A stretch of DNA of 64,000 nt from Sporopachydermia quercuum (taxonomy: Eukaryota), in assembly GCA_001599295.1 (NCBI GenBank), contig BCGN01000008.1:496001-560000 (forward strand), written 5' to 3'. The notes under the pieces were generated by a model. That model was not told where the DNA came from. It made no database searches and saw nothing but the letters and a program-made list of their open reading frames with translations. Every line of letters begins with the position of its first letter. The stretch's first letter is position 1. Made by a program: the position numbers and the translations under genes. Positions 1 through 10,512 of this stretch are shown one piece after another.

Positions 1-56
1 CAAATTGAAACGATATATTGATTGATAAACAACTTGATTGCATCAAATCGCCTATA

Positions 57-2282
57 TTATAAATCATCAAATGCCGCTACTTCACTTACTACCTTCCTCT
101 TTTTACTTTTCACCAATTCCTTCCAGTCAACTTGTACATTTACTTCGTCGCTCTCACTATCACTATCCTTAGCATTGGCTTTCTCAATAGCAGCCCTTTT
201 ATTGGCTCTCTTTTCTTTTCGTTCTTGTCTTAATTCCTTTCTAGAGATTCTAGAACTCCATGAATTAATATCATTCTTATACTTTTTCTCGGCAGGTGCA
301 GTAGCAACTTGTTCTTTGTACGTCTCTTGCTTCTTTAGTCTATCTTTTTCTGCTTTCGCATCAACATATGAATACGTATCCCAATCTACTGGTTCACCAA
401 CCCATCCATCCGTCAGCAGAGAGTTTTGCTTGTTGTCAAAATGTTGCTTCAGCTCTGGCATTTTTGGTAGCTTTATCACACCATACAATTTAGCAATGCT
501 AAGAAAATCTAATGACGCAACACGAAATATGGATGTTGCTGAATGTTTAGAGTAGTACCTGACATAAGATACATAACATCTTACAGCTTGATCATGATGA
601 GCACGATCAGCTAACATCCATTTCCTCAATTTCTGCTCATGTTTGGCGAGAATATCTTCAGAGACGTTATTTTTTATCTGTTGCATTCTAACCTTCTTTA
701 CCTCCATGAAATCAACATAATCTTCCTCCCTGCCTTCAGAAAGAAAAACGATGGCTGAACCAGTTTTATTTGCTCTTGCTGTTCTACCACAACGATGTAG
801 AAACACTTCAGGGATTGTAGGTGGATCTAACTGAATGACCAAATCAACATCAGCAACATCAATGCCTCTTGATGCTACGTCAGTTGTTAGTAAGACACAT
901 TTGTCTATCTGCGACGCAAAGTTATCCAATGTTTTAATTCTTGTTTTAGTTGGAAGTTTACCATACAATGACATTAGTCTATACGGTATTTCATGCCTCT
1001 TATATTGCTGTTGAAGTAAGTGGTTTATGAGTGCATAAAAAAATGCAACAGAAACTCCTGTTGGTAAATAAGCAATGCATTTGCGGAAATCCGATGCTCC
1101 TAACAACTCCATCAACTTCAATACTTTAGTCTCAGGTTTCATAACAATATATGATATATCTAAAGATGTAGGAACTGCGCTTTGTTCATTACCTGTTTTT
1201 GCACCAACTTTCACAACAATTTTCATTGGATTTGTCATACCAGTTTTAAAGATTGAATCACCAGCGCTCTGAATTGTAGCAGAAAACAATCCCAATCTTC
1301 TCTGCTTAGGTAGAAATTTCAGTATTTTACCAATATCTACTTGTAGACTGAAATCTAACAGTTTATCAGCTTCATCAAAAACAATCATTTCACATGAGTT
1401 TGTTTTAACAAAGTTTACTTTTGATAAGAATTCTAGTAATCTACCCGGTGTCGCTATAATGATCTGTGGCCTGATACGTAAGAACTTCTTCAAATCTTCA
1501 TGAGTTTGAGTCAAAGCTCCAACCAGCACTTGAGTCTTTATTTTAAAAACAGGGTCTCTTCTAGTTTTGGATTCTCTTTCCTCATCAGATTCATCATTTT
1601 CATCTCCGCTCTCACTATCAGATTCATCATCAGTATCGCTTTCGTTGTTCTCGATATCGTCTTGATGATATGCTATGAAATTCCTTATAACGTTGTCTAT
1701 TTGTATTGCTAATTCACGCGTTGGAGCAACAATAATAGAAAACATATGACCTTTCGGAAGCACAAGTTGATTTAAATTGATTTTTGATAAATCTGTTCCG
1801 GCTTCTTTTTCTTCCGCCAACTTCGTTCTGTATAACTTTGATAGTTTCTCAAGAATAGGAATAACATATGCTATTGTCTTGCCGGACCCAGTGACAGCCT
1901 ATAAATATGTTAGATCATTATGGACCATGATTCACAAAGCTTTGTGATATTAAAATTAACATCTCCTTACCTCTACCACCACATCTTTGTTTCCGCAGAA
2001 CAAAGGAATAACTGATGCTTGCACAGGAGTCATAGTTTCGTAACCAAGACTATCGATAGCATCCCGTCTAGAAATCACAGTATGTTAGATGCCCACTTGA
2101 TAGAATACCCATAATCCAATATCAACAGTTACAACTAATGGATGGTCATAAATCCATCGTACACCTAATAACAGCCATATCAGGTGTTACATATCATCAC
2201 AGTAGTCAACCTATACTCACATCCACGGCGATACTACTCCATTCAGCTTATCCCAAGATAAGGAATTCACTTTTCTCGACAT
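57..2282 (-). CDS. SPB4: ATP-dependent DEAD-box rRNA helicase Spb4 (3 exons, 666 aa)
   Basis: Exons 2282-2221, 2067-1971, 1898-57. Introns 2220-2068 (GTGAGT..TCTAAC..TAG) and 1970-1899 (GTAAGG..TCTAAC..TAG). Splicing restores [49 protein letters not shown] (Q motif, motif I). PTRELA, TPGRL, DEAD, SAT and HRCGRTAR are all present. Confidence 0.95.
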
Positions 2283-2509
2283 CCTCTCTCAGAATTCTGA
2301 ATAACAACAAAGCACAAATAAAACCTTCCAACTTGTTTAAATTCTATCACTATGTCTTCACTCTACTAATTATCAAAACAAGCATGCATATTCAGCTGAA
2401 TACCTTGTATCATAGCAGAAGGCAGTTGATATTCTGTCTTTCAGATCACAAACAAATAAATCTTTTAACTTGCAATGCCATACAAATAGACTTTTATTGC
2501 CTTTTCTCT

Positions 2510-2652
2510 GAGATGAGATGCAATGTTGAAACCTAAAAAGTTTTCCTTAGATCTTTGTGCAAAGTTTCCAGTGCCTGTTTGGGACTAATAATAAAACGAA
2601 TTTTCTATCATTTTTAGATTATTTAGTACTTCCATTACAAACACGATGAGCT
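2510..2652. promoter_or_regulatory. PAC-like (GATGAG) motifs in the SPB4/DEG1 divergent promoter
   Basis: GAGATGAGAT at 2510-2519 and CGATGAGCT at 2644-2652, upstream of a ribosome-biogenesis gene. Confidence 0.5.
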
Positions 2653-2960
2653 ATCGTGCTGCTGATGGTAGATAGTGGAATTTTCATTGATAAATGACAG
2701 ATGATTTTCCTTGATGGGAAGGAAGGTATTGGGACAATGAAATTTCATCTTGAGTGATTTAGTTCAAAATTTGATTGCTCTTACAGGTGGTGTATGTGGA
2801 TTGAAAACTGCAAGAACTAATTGAAGCTTATGGGAAGTTAAGATACATACAATTAACATTTCTCTTGAATGAACTCTAAAATTGCTTAATATTTTCCCTT
2901 TTATGAATGATTTGAGGAAACAGATAAAGAGCATTGAAATTATAGTGGTCTTCGCTTGGT

Positions 2961-4412
2961 ATGTGGAGACCAATTTTGGGTGGTGTATTGAAATCATCTG
3001 TCAAGCATTTATGTATTTACAAACCATTGACACCAAGGGTAATATCAAGTATGAGTCAACCTATGTATGAAACTTGGAGCAGAAGGAGATTGATCAAGAG
3101 GATCAGGGAGCTGGAAGGAGGATCCTTAGAAGTAGAGTCAGAAGGCAAAGCCGATGAAGCGGGAGTGAAACCGGCGGAAGAGCAATCTGCACAACTGTCT
3201 GAAACGAAGACTACTAACATAGCAGTTGATTCAGAAGAATCTACACCCAAGAGGCCGAAGCAAAAGAAAAAAAGGGTATTTGATTGGAGTAAATATAATA
3301 CAAGAAAAATTATTCTGAGATTTGCATACTTAGGGTGGAATTTTAACGGATTAGCATTTCAAGAAGAACCAACACCGTTACCAACAGTCGAAGGTGAAAT
3401 ATTCGATACATTAGCTCTATGCAGATTGATTCCTGAGTCAAAAGTTCCAGAAGAGTTCGAGTTCAGTCGTTGTGGAAGAACAGATCGCGGTGTCAGTGCT
3501 TTAGGGCAAGTAATCTGCTTGAGAGTTCGGTCAAATCTTACTCCAGAAGAGCAAGAGGATCCCAAGAATGACGATAAAGAACTCGATTATCTTAATATAC
3601 TCAATAATCAGTTGTCGACTGATATCAGGATCCTAGATGTTTGTTTACGACCTCCTAAAGATTTTGATGCAAGATTCAGTTGTAAATATCGACATTATAG
3701 GTACTTATTTTATGCTGGAAGTGAAACAGGTTTAGACGTAGAAGCAATGAATAAGGCGGCAGGTAAATTTCTGGGTGAAAATGACTTCAGAAACTTTTGT
3801 AAGCTGGACGGATCTAAACAAATTGAAAACTTCACCCGGACTATTATTTCATCCAGTATTGAACGGGTTGTCAATGGTGATGTAGATTCGAATTTTTACT
3901 ATTTCAATTTGCAAGGATCAGCATTCTTGTGGCATCAGGTAAGATGTATGGTCGCCGTTCTGTTTCTTGTAGGTAAAAAATTGGAAGAGCCAGAAGTGGT
4001 CGATTGGTTATTAGACGTAAAGAGCCATCCAAGAAAACCAATCTACAATATGGCTTATGATGTTCCTTTAGTATTATATGATGGTGTATTTGAAGGAGTT
4101 GACTGGAAATATGAAGGTAAAGGACCTAAATCCGATGACGCATCCTATAGAAATCTCAGTGAAAAGTTGTTTGAAATGTGGCATTCTTTAGAGTTGAAAG
4201 CTCAAATCTCAAATATGTTGAGAGAAGAGTTCAAGCAAAGATATAAGGGGTTAATTGATTACTCTTATTCAAAACCATGCCGGGGTTCTATATATTATGG
4301 TGAAGGTGTGAACCGGAGTATATGGAACTATAAAAAGATTGCTGATGCCAAAACACTGGATGACGTGGAGACAAGAAATCAAAGATATAGAGAAAAGAAA
4401 GCTGGTAGGTAA
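2961..4412 (+). CDS. DEG1: tRNA pseudouridine(38/39) synthase, TruA family
   Basis: CGRTDRGVSALGQV catalytic motif, FDARFSC, DFRNFCKLDG and GSAFLWHQVRCM. Second in-frame ATG at 3051. Confidence 0.95.
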   Translation: MWRPILGGVLKSSVKHLCIYKPLTPRVISSMSQPMYETWSRRRLIKRIRELEGGSLEVESEGKADEAGVKPAEEQSAQLSETKTTNIAVDSEESTPKRPKQKKKRVFDWSKYNTRKIILRFAYLGWNFNGLAFQEEPTPLPTVEGEIFDTLALCRLIPESKVPEEFEFSRCGRTDRGVSALGQVICLRVRSNLTPEEQEDPKNDDKELDYLNILNNQLSTDIRILDVCLRPPKDFDARFSCKYRHYRYLFYAGSETGLDVEAMNKAAGKFLGENDFRNFCKLDGSKQIENFTRTIISSSIERVVNGDVDSNFYYFNLQGSAFLWHQVRCMVAVLFLVGKKLEEPEVVDWLLDVKSHPRKPIYNMAYDVPLVLYDGVFEGVDWKYEGKGPKSDDASYRNLSEKLFEMWHSLELKAQISNMLREEFKQRYKGLIDYSYSKPCRGSIYYGEGVNRSIWNYKKIADAKTLDDVETRNQRYREKKAGR

Positions 4413-4542
4413 CATTAATAATGTTGGCAATGCTCACGATAATATTATACTAATTAGACTATTGGATTAAACTTGAATGTGTGTTGTTGAGATGCCTAGC
4501 AGGTTTTGTAGGATTGTAATGAGGAAATTAATTGGAACGGTG

Positions 4543-5265
4543 CTACTTTTCGTTTATTATTGAAGGATCCCAATACAATATTTCTCTTGTACCACTTTGA
4601 TCATCAACCCATATCAATCCATTCGCTATAAGAGTTTCTATCGAATCAATAGCTCTATCCTTTGACCAACCAAGATTATCCCGCAATAAGTTTACACTAA
4701 CGTAACCACCAGTAAATGTAGATGTTTCTAATACAACTGTTTGATCATCGCTTAACTGTTTCGCAATACTTCGTATCAGTTTCTTTCCACCAATCTTCTC
4801 AATTGTAAGCTGTTGACCTGCAATCACTTTCAATGACTCAACAGCTCGTATAACGTCTGCTTCCTTTATCTCTATAGCATTAGGAGAGTTTGGATCTCCC
4901 AATCTATCAACTACTTCTTTGACATTCATTAATCCACCATTCTCATCTCGTGTAAGATTACACAATTCAATTACCCTTATTGCTATTGTATAATCATCAA
5001 CTGCTAAATGTTTCTCTTTAGAGATAATCAATGGATCAACTCCAACTCTAGCACACATCTCAGCAAACTCAGCTCGAAATTCTGTATTCTGCCTAATCTC
5101 TTCTCCGTGAGTTTTAGCAAAACTCGACAAAGCATCTTGAAATATTTCCAGCTGTGTGGATAGTATTTCTGATTGCTTTTTTAGTATAGAACTTCCAAGT
5201 TCTAAATACTGTTGAGTTGTTCTCTCTTTGTTATCAAAAGCGGCTAGACCTAACTTCCTATTCAT
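4543..5265 (-). CDS. SNF8: ESCRT-II subunit Snf8/Vps22
   Basis: N-terminal RKLGLAAF, FRAEFAEMCARVGVDPL, ENGGL and C-terminal GLIWVDDQ..YW match the EAP30/Vps22 family. Confidence 0.93.
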   Translation of the reverse strand: MNRKLGLAAFDNKERTTQQYLELGSSILKKQSEILSTQLEIFQDALSSFAKTHGEEIRQNTEFRAEFAEMCARVGVDPLIISKEKHLAVDDYTIAIRVIELCNLTRDENGGLMNVKEVVDRLGDPNSPNAIEIKEADVIRAVESLKVIAGQQLTIEKIGGKKLIRSIAKQLSDDQTVVLETSTFTGGYVSVNLLRDNLGWSKDRAIDSIETLIANGLIWVDDQSGTREILYWDPSIINEK

Positions 5266-5531
5266 TCTGTTCCAAATGATACATTTATTCTTTCAGCATA
5301 ATGAAGGCTGGATGCATACTATTCACACTACTTACAGTCTCTGATAACTACAGTTTTGTACCAAATCAATAATTAGTATAAAACTTATTATCACTATCTA
5401 ATGTAAAGTCACTTCCACTAGCTAGATTTATTGTAAGATTGAGCTATGGATAAAAAAATACCTGATAGATTGTCAATCAATCAGTCTATCTAACTGATAA
5501 AGAAATCACCTATGGTACCTTAGATTACATC

Positions 5532-5539
5532 TCACGTGA
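5532..5539. promoter_or_regulatory. Palindromic E-box TCACGTGA (Cbf1/bHLH-type site)
   Basis: Exact TCACGTGA in the SNF8/HAT1 divergent promoter. TCACGTG also occurs near 32153 (NFU1/GPI18) and 36618 (SNU114). Confidence 0.5.
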
Positions 5540-5751
5540 TGAGGGGAATCTCGAGACTGAAATACCGGACAGTTCAGGAAGTACTTTACTATGATCAACG
5601 CGTTATTAGAAAAACCAAAGAGTANATCTAATAAGTAGTTGGAATAGTTATACATTGTTAAATGTATAAAAGTATTACTGATCCTTTTATACAAAAATTC
5701 CTATACAAGTACTAATTGCTAATTGACATATAAAAAGGGGTCGCATCAATT

Positions 5752-7203
5752 ATGTCAAGCTCAGTAATAGATCCAGAGGAATGGACAGTATCATCAAACT
5801 CATTGATCATCACCATTGGTAAGTAAGGATTATGTACCACAGTACAATTGTAATAATCCTAATTTTCATATCAATCTTCTCGAAAGGTAAAACTAACATA
5901 TTTCTAAGATGATGGTCAAGGAACCTATTCATTTAACCCATATTTCACATACCCAATATATGGAGATTCAGAACAAATATACGGATTCAAAGAACCGAAG
6001 CTACAATTAACATTTGACTCTTTCACACTTTTACCCTTAATTCAATTCAGCCACGAAGGAGCTTTGAGTCTACCAATTACAGAAGAAGGGAACCAAAACC
6101 ATCCTGTCGAAAAACTGAAGAAATTTCTTCCCGAAGATTTGTTTGTGAATGATGTGGCAGGTTGGGAACATGCTCGCAAAGAAGAATATAAGTCAATCGT
6201 AAAGCTAGTGAACGAATCATTCGATTTCGTACTGCCAGGAGAGAAGATAAAAGAATATTCTGCAGATGGAGCCAAGTTTGCTATTTATCACACTAAACTT
6301 TCTGATGATTATGCCATAAGGTTTCATTCTCGCTTACAGATTTTTGTATTATTCTTCATTGAAGCTGGTTCTTATATTGATGCAGCAGACCCACTATGGG
6401 ACCTATACTACACGGTCAAAATACCTGAAAATTCAACTCCCTCCAATGTGAAGATTCCAGAAGTGTTGTCCTTTGCTACGACCTATAGTTACTGGAAGTT
6501 CACCAATATCAAGGACTACGACGCTAACCCTGATAAGGTTCCGGAGTTCAATCGAAAGAGAATAAGTCAGTTTGTCACTTTTCCTCAGCATCATGGTAAA
6601 AGACATGGTAAGAACTTATATCAGTATTTATGTGATAAATGGGGAAACGATGAAAATGTGGTGGAAATTACTGTAGAGGATCCTTCTGAAGCTTTTGATG
6701 ATTTAAGAGATAGAAACGATTTAGAAAGATTAGATAGGTTGCAAATTTGGCAGAAAGCCTCGACTGGCTTTGACTACCAAAACTTGCCCTTGGATTACGA
6801 TTGGATTAAGAAGTATCGTAAGATCACGAAGTTAACCAAAAATCAGTTTGATAGAGTTGTGGAGATGGCACTCTTGTATTTCTTGAAGAGAGCTGACCAG
6901 CAGAAAGATGAAAAGTCAAATCTTTGGAAGTTATACAGGCTACACGTGAAAAGAAGATTGTACAATAAAAATCGTGATGTTTTAGATGAGATGCAAGAGT
7001 CCGATATGCGTCAGAAGTTGGTGGAAACCTTCGATAGAGTTGTCGAAGAATATGAGCGTATACTGAAAAATGTTGTTTTACATGATGGTACAGACCTAGA
7101 TAGCAAAGCACTCGAATCAAAACCGACTGAGGATGCTCTCCATTCAGATATTGAGATTCCCGAGGCGAAGAAGCGTAAAATTGTTATCAACGATGATGAG
7201 TGA
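5752..7203 (+). CDS. HAT1: Histone acetyltransferase type B catalytic subunit (2 exons, 453 aa)
   Basis: Exons 5752-5818 and 5909-7203; intron 5819-5908 (GTAAGT..ACTAAC..AAG). Spliced N-terminus PEEWTVSSN..FNPYFTYPIYGDSEQIYGF; also FFIEAGSYID, RISQF and EITVEDPSEAFDDLRD. Confidence 0.95.
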
Positions 7204-9100
7204 ATCAGCTTGAAGGAATTACTCTAGGACTGCTTTCTCTGTACTAATAGTGCAAAACAACGGCGATATGTTATGTGATAAACCAAGAATAAACGTATCA
7301 GTTAATAAAGTGTTTAATAACAGATGTCTGTAATTCTGTTCTCTTCTTTTGCTTACTGATTTTTACTGCACTTGGATATGTACCAAACCTCCAGACACAT
7401 ACCTTTCCTGATTAGGTGATCTGGTATTACTTCAAACCTATTTCCACTATCTAATATGTAAAATGACGTAAGGTAAAAAAACCCTATTATTTTCATTTCT
7501 CCCGTACAAATGAAACAAATCAAGTCTTTCGAATGGACCTGATGACAGTAATTTTTATGAAACAAGAAACAGTGGTAAATAATTGTCTCCAATGTCTTTT
7601 TAAAATCTGTAATCTTACGTTATATCCGAATTCTTTATTAAAGGTGGAGAGATAAGTTGTATAAGAAAATGAGACCAAAGAATGAATAATATAGTAGTTC
7701 TTATTCTACTCACCAGGCCATGTTAGGAAGAAGAAAAAGAACCAGATACAGCAAACATATTCCAATTAAATAACCTTCGATTTACCTCCAATTTAACTTC
7801 GATTTTTTCATCATTCTAGGATTTCTTTTAAAGAATGACCCAAGATACTCCTCAAGTTTGAATCATTCATTGTTCGGTTTCATTCTCAGTTCATCCAGCG
7901 AAAAGTGTTAAGACTCAATGGTCAGTATACAAATTACTTGATCTTACGTTACACGATTCTATATCCTTGTTTGAATTGTTGTCTTCCGTATATTTAGAGA
8001 CTATGATACTTTGCTGCTGGTTCATAAAAGAAACAGATTGTAGTTTTCTCGCTTAGAAAAATTAGGAATTGANGCGAAATTCTGTTATTAAATCTCTAAA
8101 TCATAGTACTTTCGTCGTTTCAATACGTGAAACATCGACAACTGACATTCTCTTAACCATTCTCCATTCAAATTGGATTAGGTGATGCATTAACCAGAAA
8201 GAGAAAGTCTTGTCTTACGTTCTCTGTATCTAGAGACGGCATCGATGTATACGTAAGGTCATTCTTATTTCTTAATTTTAATCATCCTTACTTCAGCTTG
8301 CGAACCTGTCGCCTTCAAAGGACCCCTTACTTATAATTTCCCCAGCACGTATGCAAGAGCATATTAGTGTGCATCATTTAATCTCTAGATACTTTGACGA
8401 CTCTTAATGTTATCTAAACATTAGTAACACTATGTTCACTTCCCACATCCAGTTGAATCATTAAATACTTCATTGTTCTTATATCAATTATCATTTACTT
8501 CCCGCTTAACCCCAGTTAGAAATTATATGTGCTGGTTCGTAATAAATATTTCTCCACCTAACCAAGTGGCTTAACCACAGTTTATACCGTACAAATGTAC
8601 CTTCAAACCCCAGCCAGATTTCATCAGCGAAGTACTGACAACCAGATTCACCTTTATCTCCTTTCCAACAATTCCTCAATCAGTAATAATTATTACCAAT
8701 TCTTCTTTACTCATTCACTGGCCAAACCATTATTCATTCAATGAAACCTATAACTCAGACATCACATGCCATTATGCTTCAACTAAGTAGTCAGGCTGGA
8801 TTATAATTTGAAAATTAAAGTTGAAGTGCCTCTCCATAAATTTGCACGTATGATGAATAGGTCAATTCAAAGAGGAATGACATTTTGCTAGGAAATGTGC
8901 TTGTTAAAACATATGCTTGATACTTCTCTAGACTTCAAGTATCAAGAAAAGAAGAAATAATACTACTGAATCACCATTGTTAGCATTTATGGAGATAAGT
9001 TGTGTTCGCACTCTCTTAATTTTTCATCTATCGGCAGTGAATTATTGTTTCTCAAAGTTCCTTTCTTTTTTAGTATTTTAGACAAACCTTATCTTTCACA

Positions 9101-9118
9101 TTACGTATATATACGTAA
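9101..9118. repeat. Perfect 18-bp palindrome TTACGTATATATACGTAA
   Basis: The sequence is its own reverse complement; about 220 bp upstream of the LSP1/PIL1 ATG. Confidence 0.85.
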
Positions 9119-9337
9119 AATCATTATCACATTCAATTGACTTTTCCCACATTTGCATAATTGACTTCATTATATAAGTTGCAGCAGTCGCCCTCTTCTT
9201 CAATTGCTGTCTGGAAATAATTCTATTTTTGATGGCCCTTAACTATTAACTATTAAAGACTAGTAGTCCATTATTTCCTACTGTACAACTATAAATTCTC
9301 TTTTTTACTACTATCAAATATATAACAGCTCAACAGG

Positions 9338-10312
9338 ATGCATAGAACATACTCATTAAGACAAAGTAGGGCGCCTACAGCCTCCCAACTGCAAAGTCCT
9401 CCACCACCAACTTCTAGTACGAAGTCTGGAAGATTTTTTGGTAAAGGGTCTTTAAGCAGCTCATTGAGAAAGTCCACTGCGGGAGCTTTTAGTCCAGAGC
9501 TTTCTAAGAAGTTGGCTACTTTGATCAAGATGGAGAAGAATGTCATGAGGGCACAAGAAATTGTTGCTAATGAACGCAGAGATGTTGCCAAGCAACTTTC
9601 TCTTTGGGGTGAAGAGAACGATGATGACGTTTCGGATGTCACTGATAAAATTGGTGTTTTAATTTACGAGATTGGTGAGTTGGAAGATCAATTCATTGAT
9701 AAATACGACCAGTACAGAGTTACATTGAAATCCATTCGCAATATTGAAGCATCTGTTCAACCCTCTCGTGATCGTAAACAAAAGATCACCGACGAGATTG
9801 CTCATTTGAAATACAAGGATCCTTCATCTGCAAAGATTCCTGTCTTAGAGCAAGAATTGGTCAGAGCTGAAGCTGAATCTCTTGTCGCTGAAGCGCAATT
9901 GTCTAATATTACTAGAGAAAAGCTGAAGGCTGCTTTCAACTATCAATTTGACTCTATTCGTGAGCATTCTGAGAAGTTGGCATTGATTGCTGGATACGGA
10001 AAGGCTTTATTAGAATTATTAGATGATTCTGCTGTTACTCCTGGTGAGACCAGACCTGCTTATGATGGATACGAAGCATCAAAGCAGATCATTATCGATG
10101 CCGAAGCTGCTTTATCTAACTGGACCTTAGATGCTGCTGCTGTGAAGCCAACTTTATCGATCAGAGAAGGCCATGAAGGCGAATCTGAAGAAGAAGGCTA
10201 CTTCGAGGAAGAAGAAGAAGGAGAAGAACCAGAAGCAGTAGAAGGAGAAGGAGAAGTTACCAATGGTGAAGAGGTTCATGAAGAGGTCCATACCGAAGAA
10301 GCAAAGGCTTAA
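9338..10312 (+). CDS. LSP1: Eisosome BAR-domain core protein, Pil1/Lsp1 family
   Basis: Very close match to the family (MHRTYSLR..APTASQLQ, LEQELVRAEAESLVAEAQLSNITR). DEIAHL, KIPVL, REKLK and linkage to SNF8/HAT1 favour LSP1, while some C-terminal residues look Pil1-like. Confidence 0.9.
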   Translation: MHRTYSLRQSRAPTASQLQSPPPPTSSTKSGRFFGKGSLSSSLRKSTAGAFSPELSKKLATLIKMEKNVMRAQEIVANERRDVAKQLSLWGEENDDDVSDVTDKIGVLIYEIGELEDQFIDKYDQYRVTLKSIRNIEASVQPSRDRKQKITDEIAHLKYKDPSSAKIPVLEQELVRAEAESLVAEAQLSNITREKLKAAFNYQFDSIREHSEKLALIAGYGKALLELLDDSAVTPGETRPAYDGYEASKQIIIDAEAALSNWTLDAAAVKPTLSIREGHEGESEEEGYFEEEEEGEEPEAVEGEGEVTNGEEVHEEVHTEEAKA

Positions 10313-10512
10313 GTATCGATGAAACAATTATAATTTTGAATCATGTAGCAAGGAAAACAAAATCAAGTTGATTGAACGAACTGATTACATAAATATTCTC
10401 TTCCGGTATGGAATTTTGATGCAATTTGTTTATTTACTATGTGTTGTAACTTATTTAGCACCTTAAATGTATTTTTAATTATCAATTGCCATTTATATTA
10501 TATTCAATCGTT

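Noticed and set aside
22..555. 177-aa plus-strand ORF and other short ORFs antisense to or nested in genes
   Set aside because: They are shadows of real CDSs such as SPB4, with low-complexity translations and no motifs.
2138..2536. 132-aa ORF
   Set aside because: Antisense to SPB4 exon 1/intron 1 and its promoter; no recognisable protein features.
7353..7722. Minus-strand mini-exon ATGGCCTG|GTGAGT and 79-aa ORF
   Set aside because: No convincing branch/acceptor pair; the products are tiny and featureless.
8761..8900. Canonical point centromere starting at CDEI-like ATCACATG
   Set aside because: No very AT-rich CDEII tract and no CCGAA-type CDEIII at the expected distance.
9338..10312. Alternative CUG decoding (Ser or Ala)
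   Set aside because: CTG occupies conserved Leu sites (ASQLQ and EKLKAA in Lsp1; CKLDG in Deg1).
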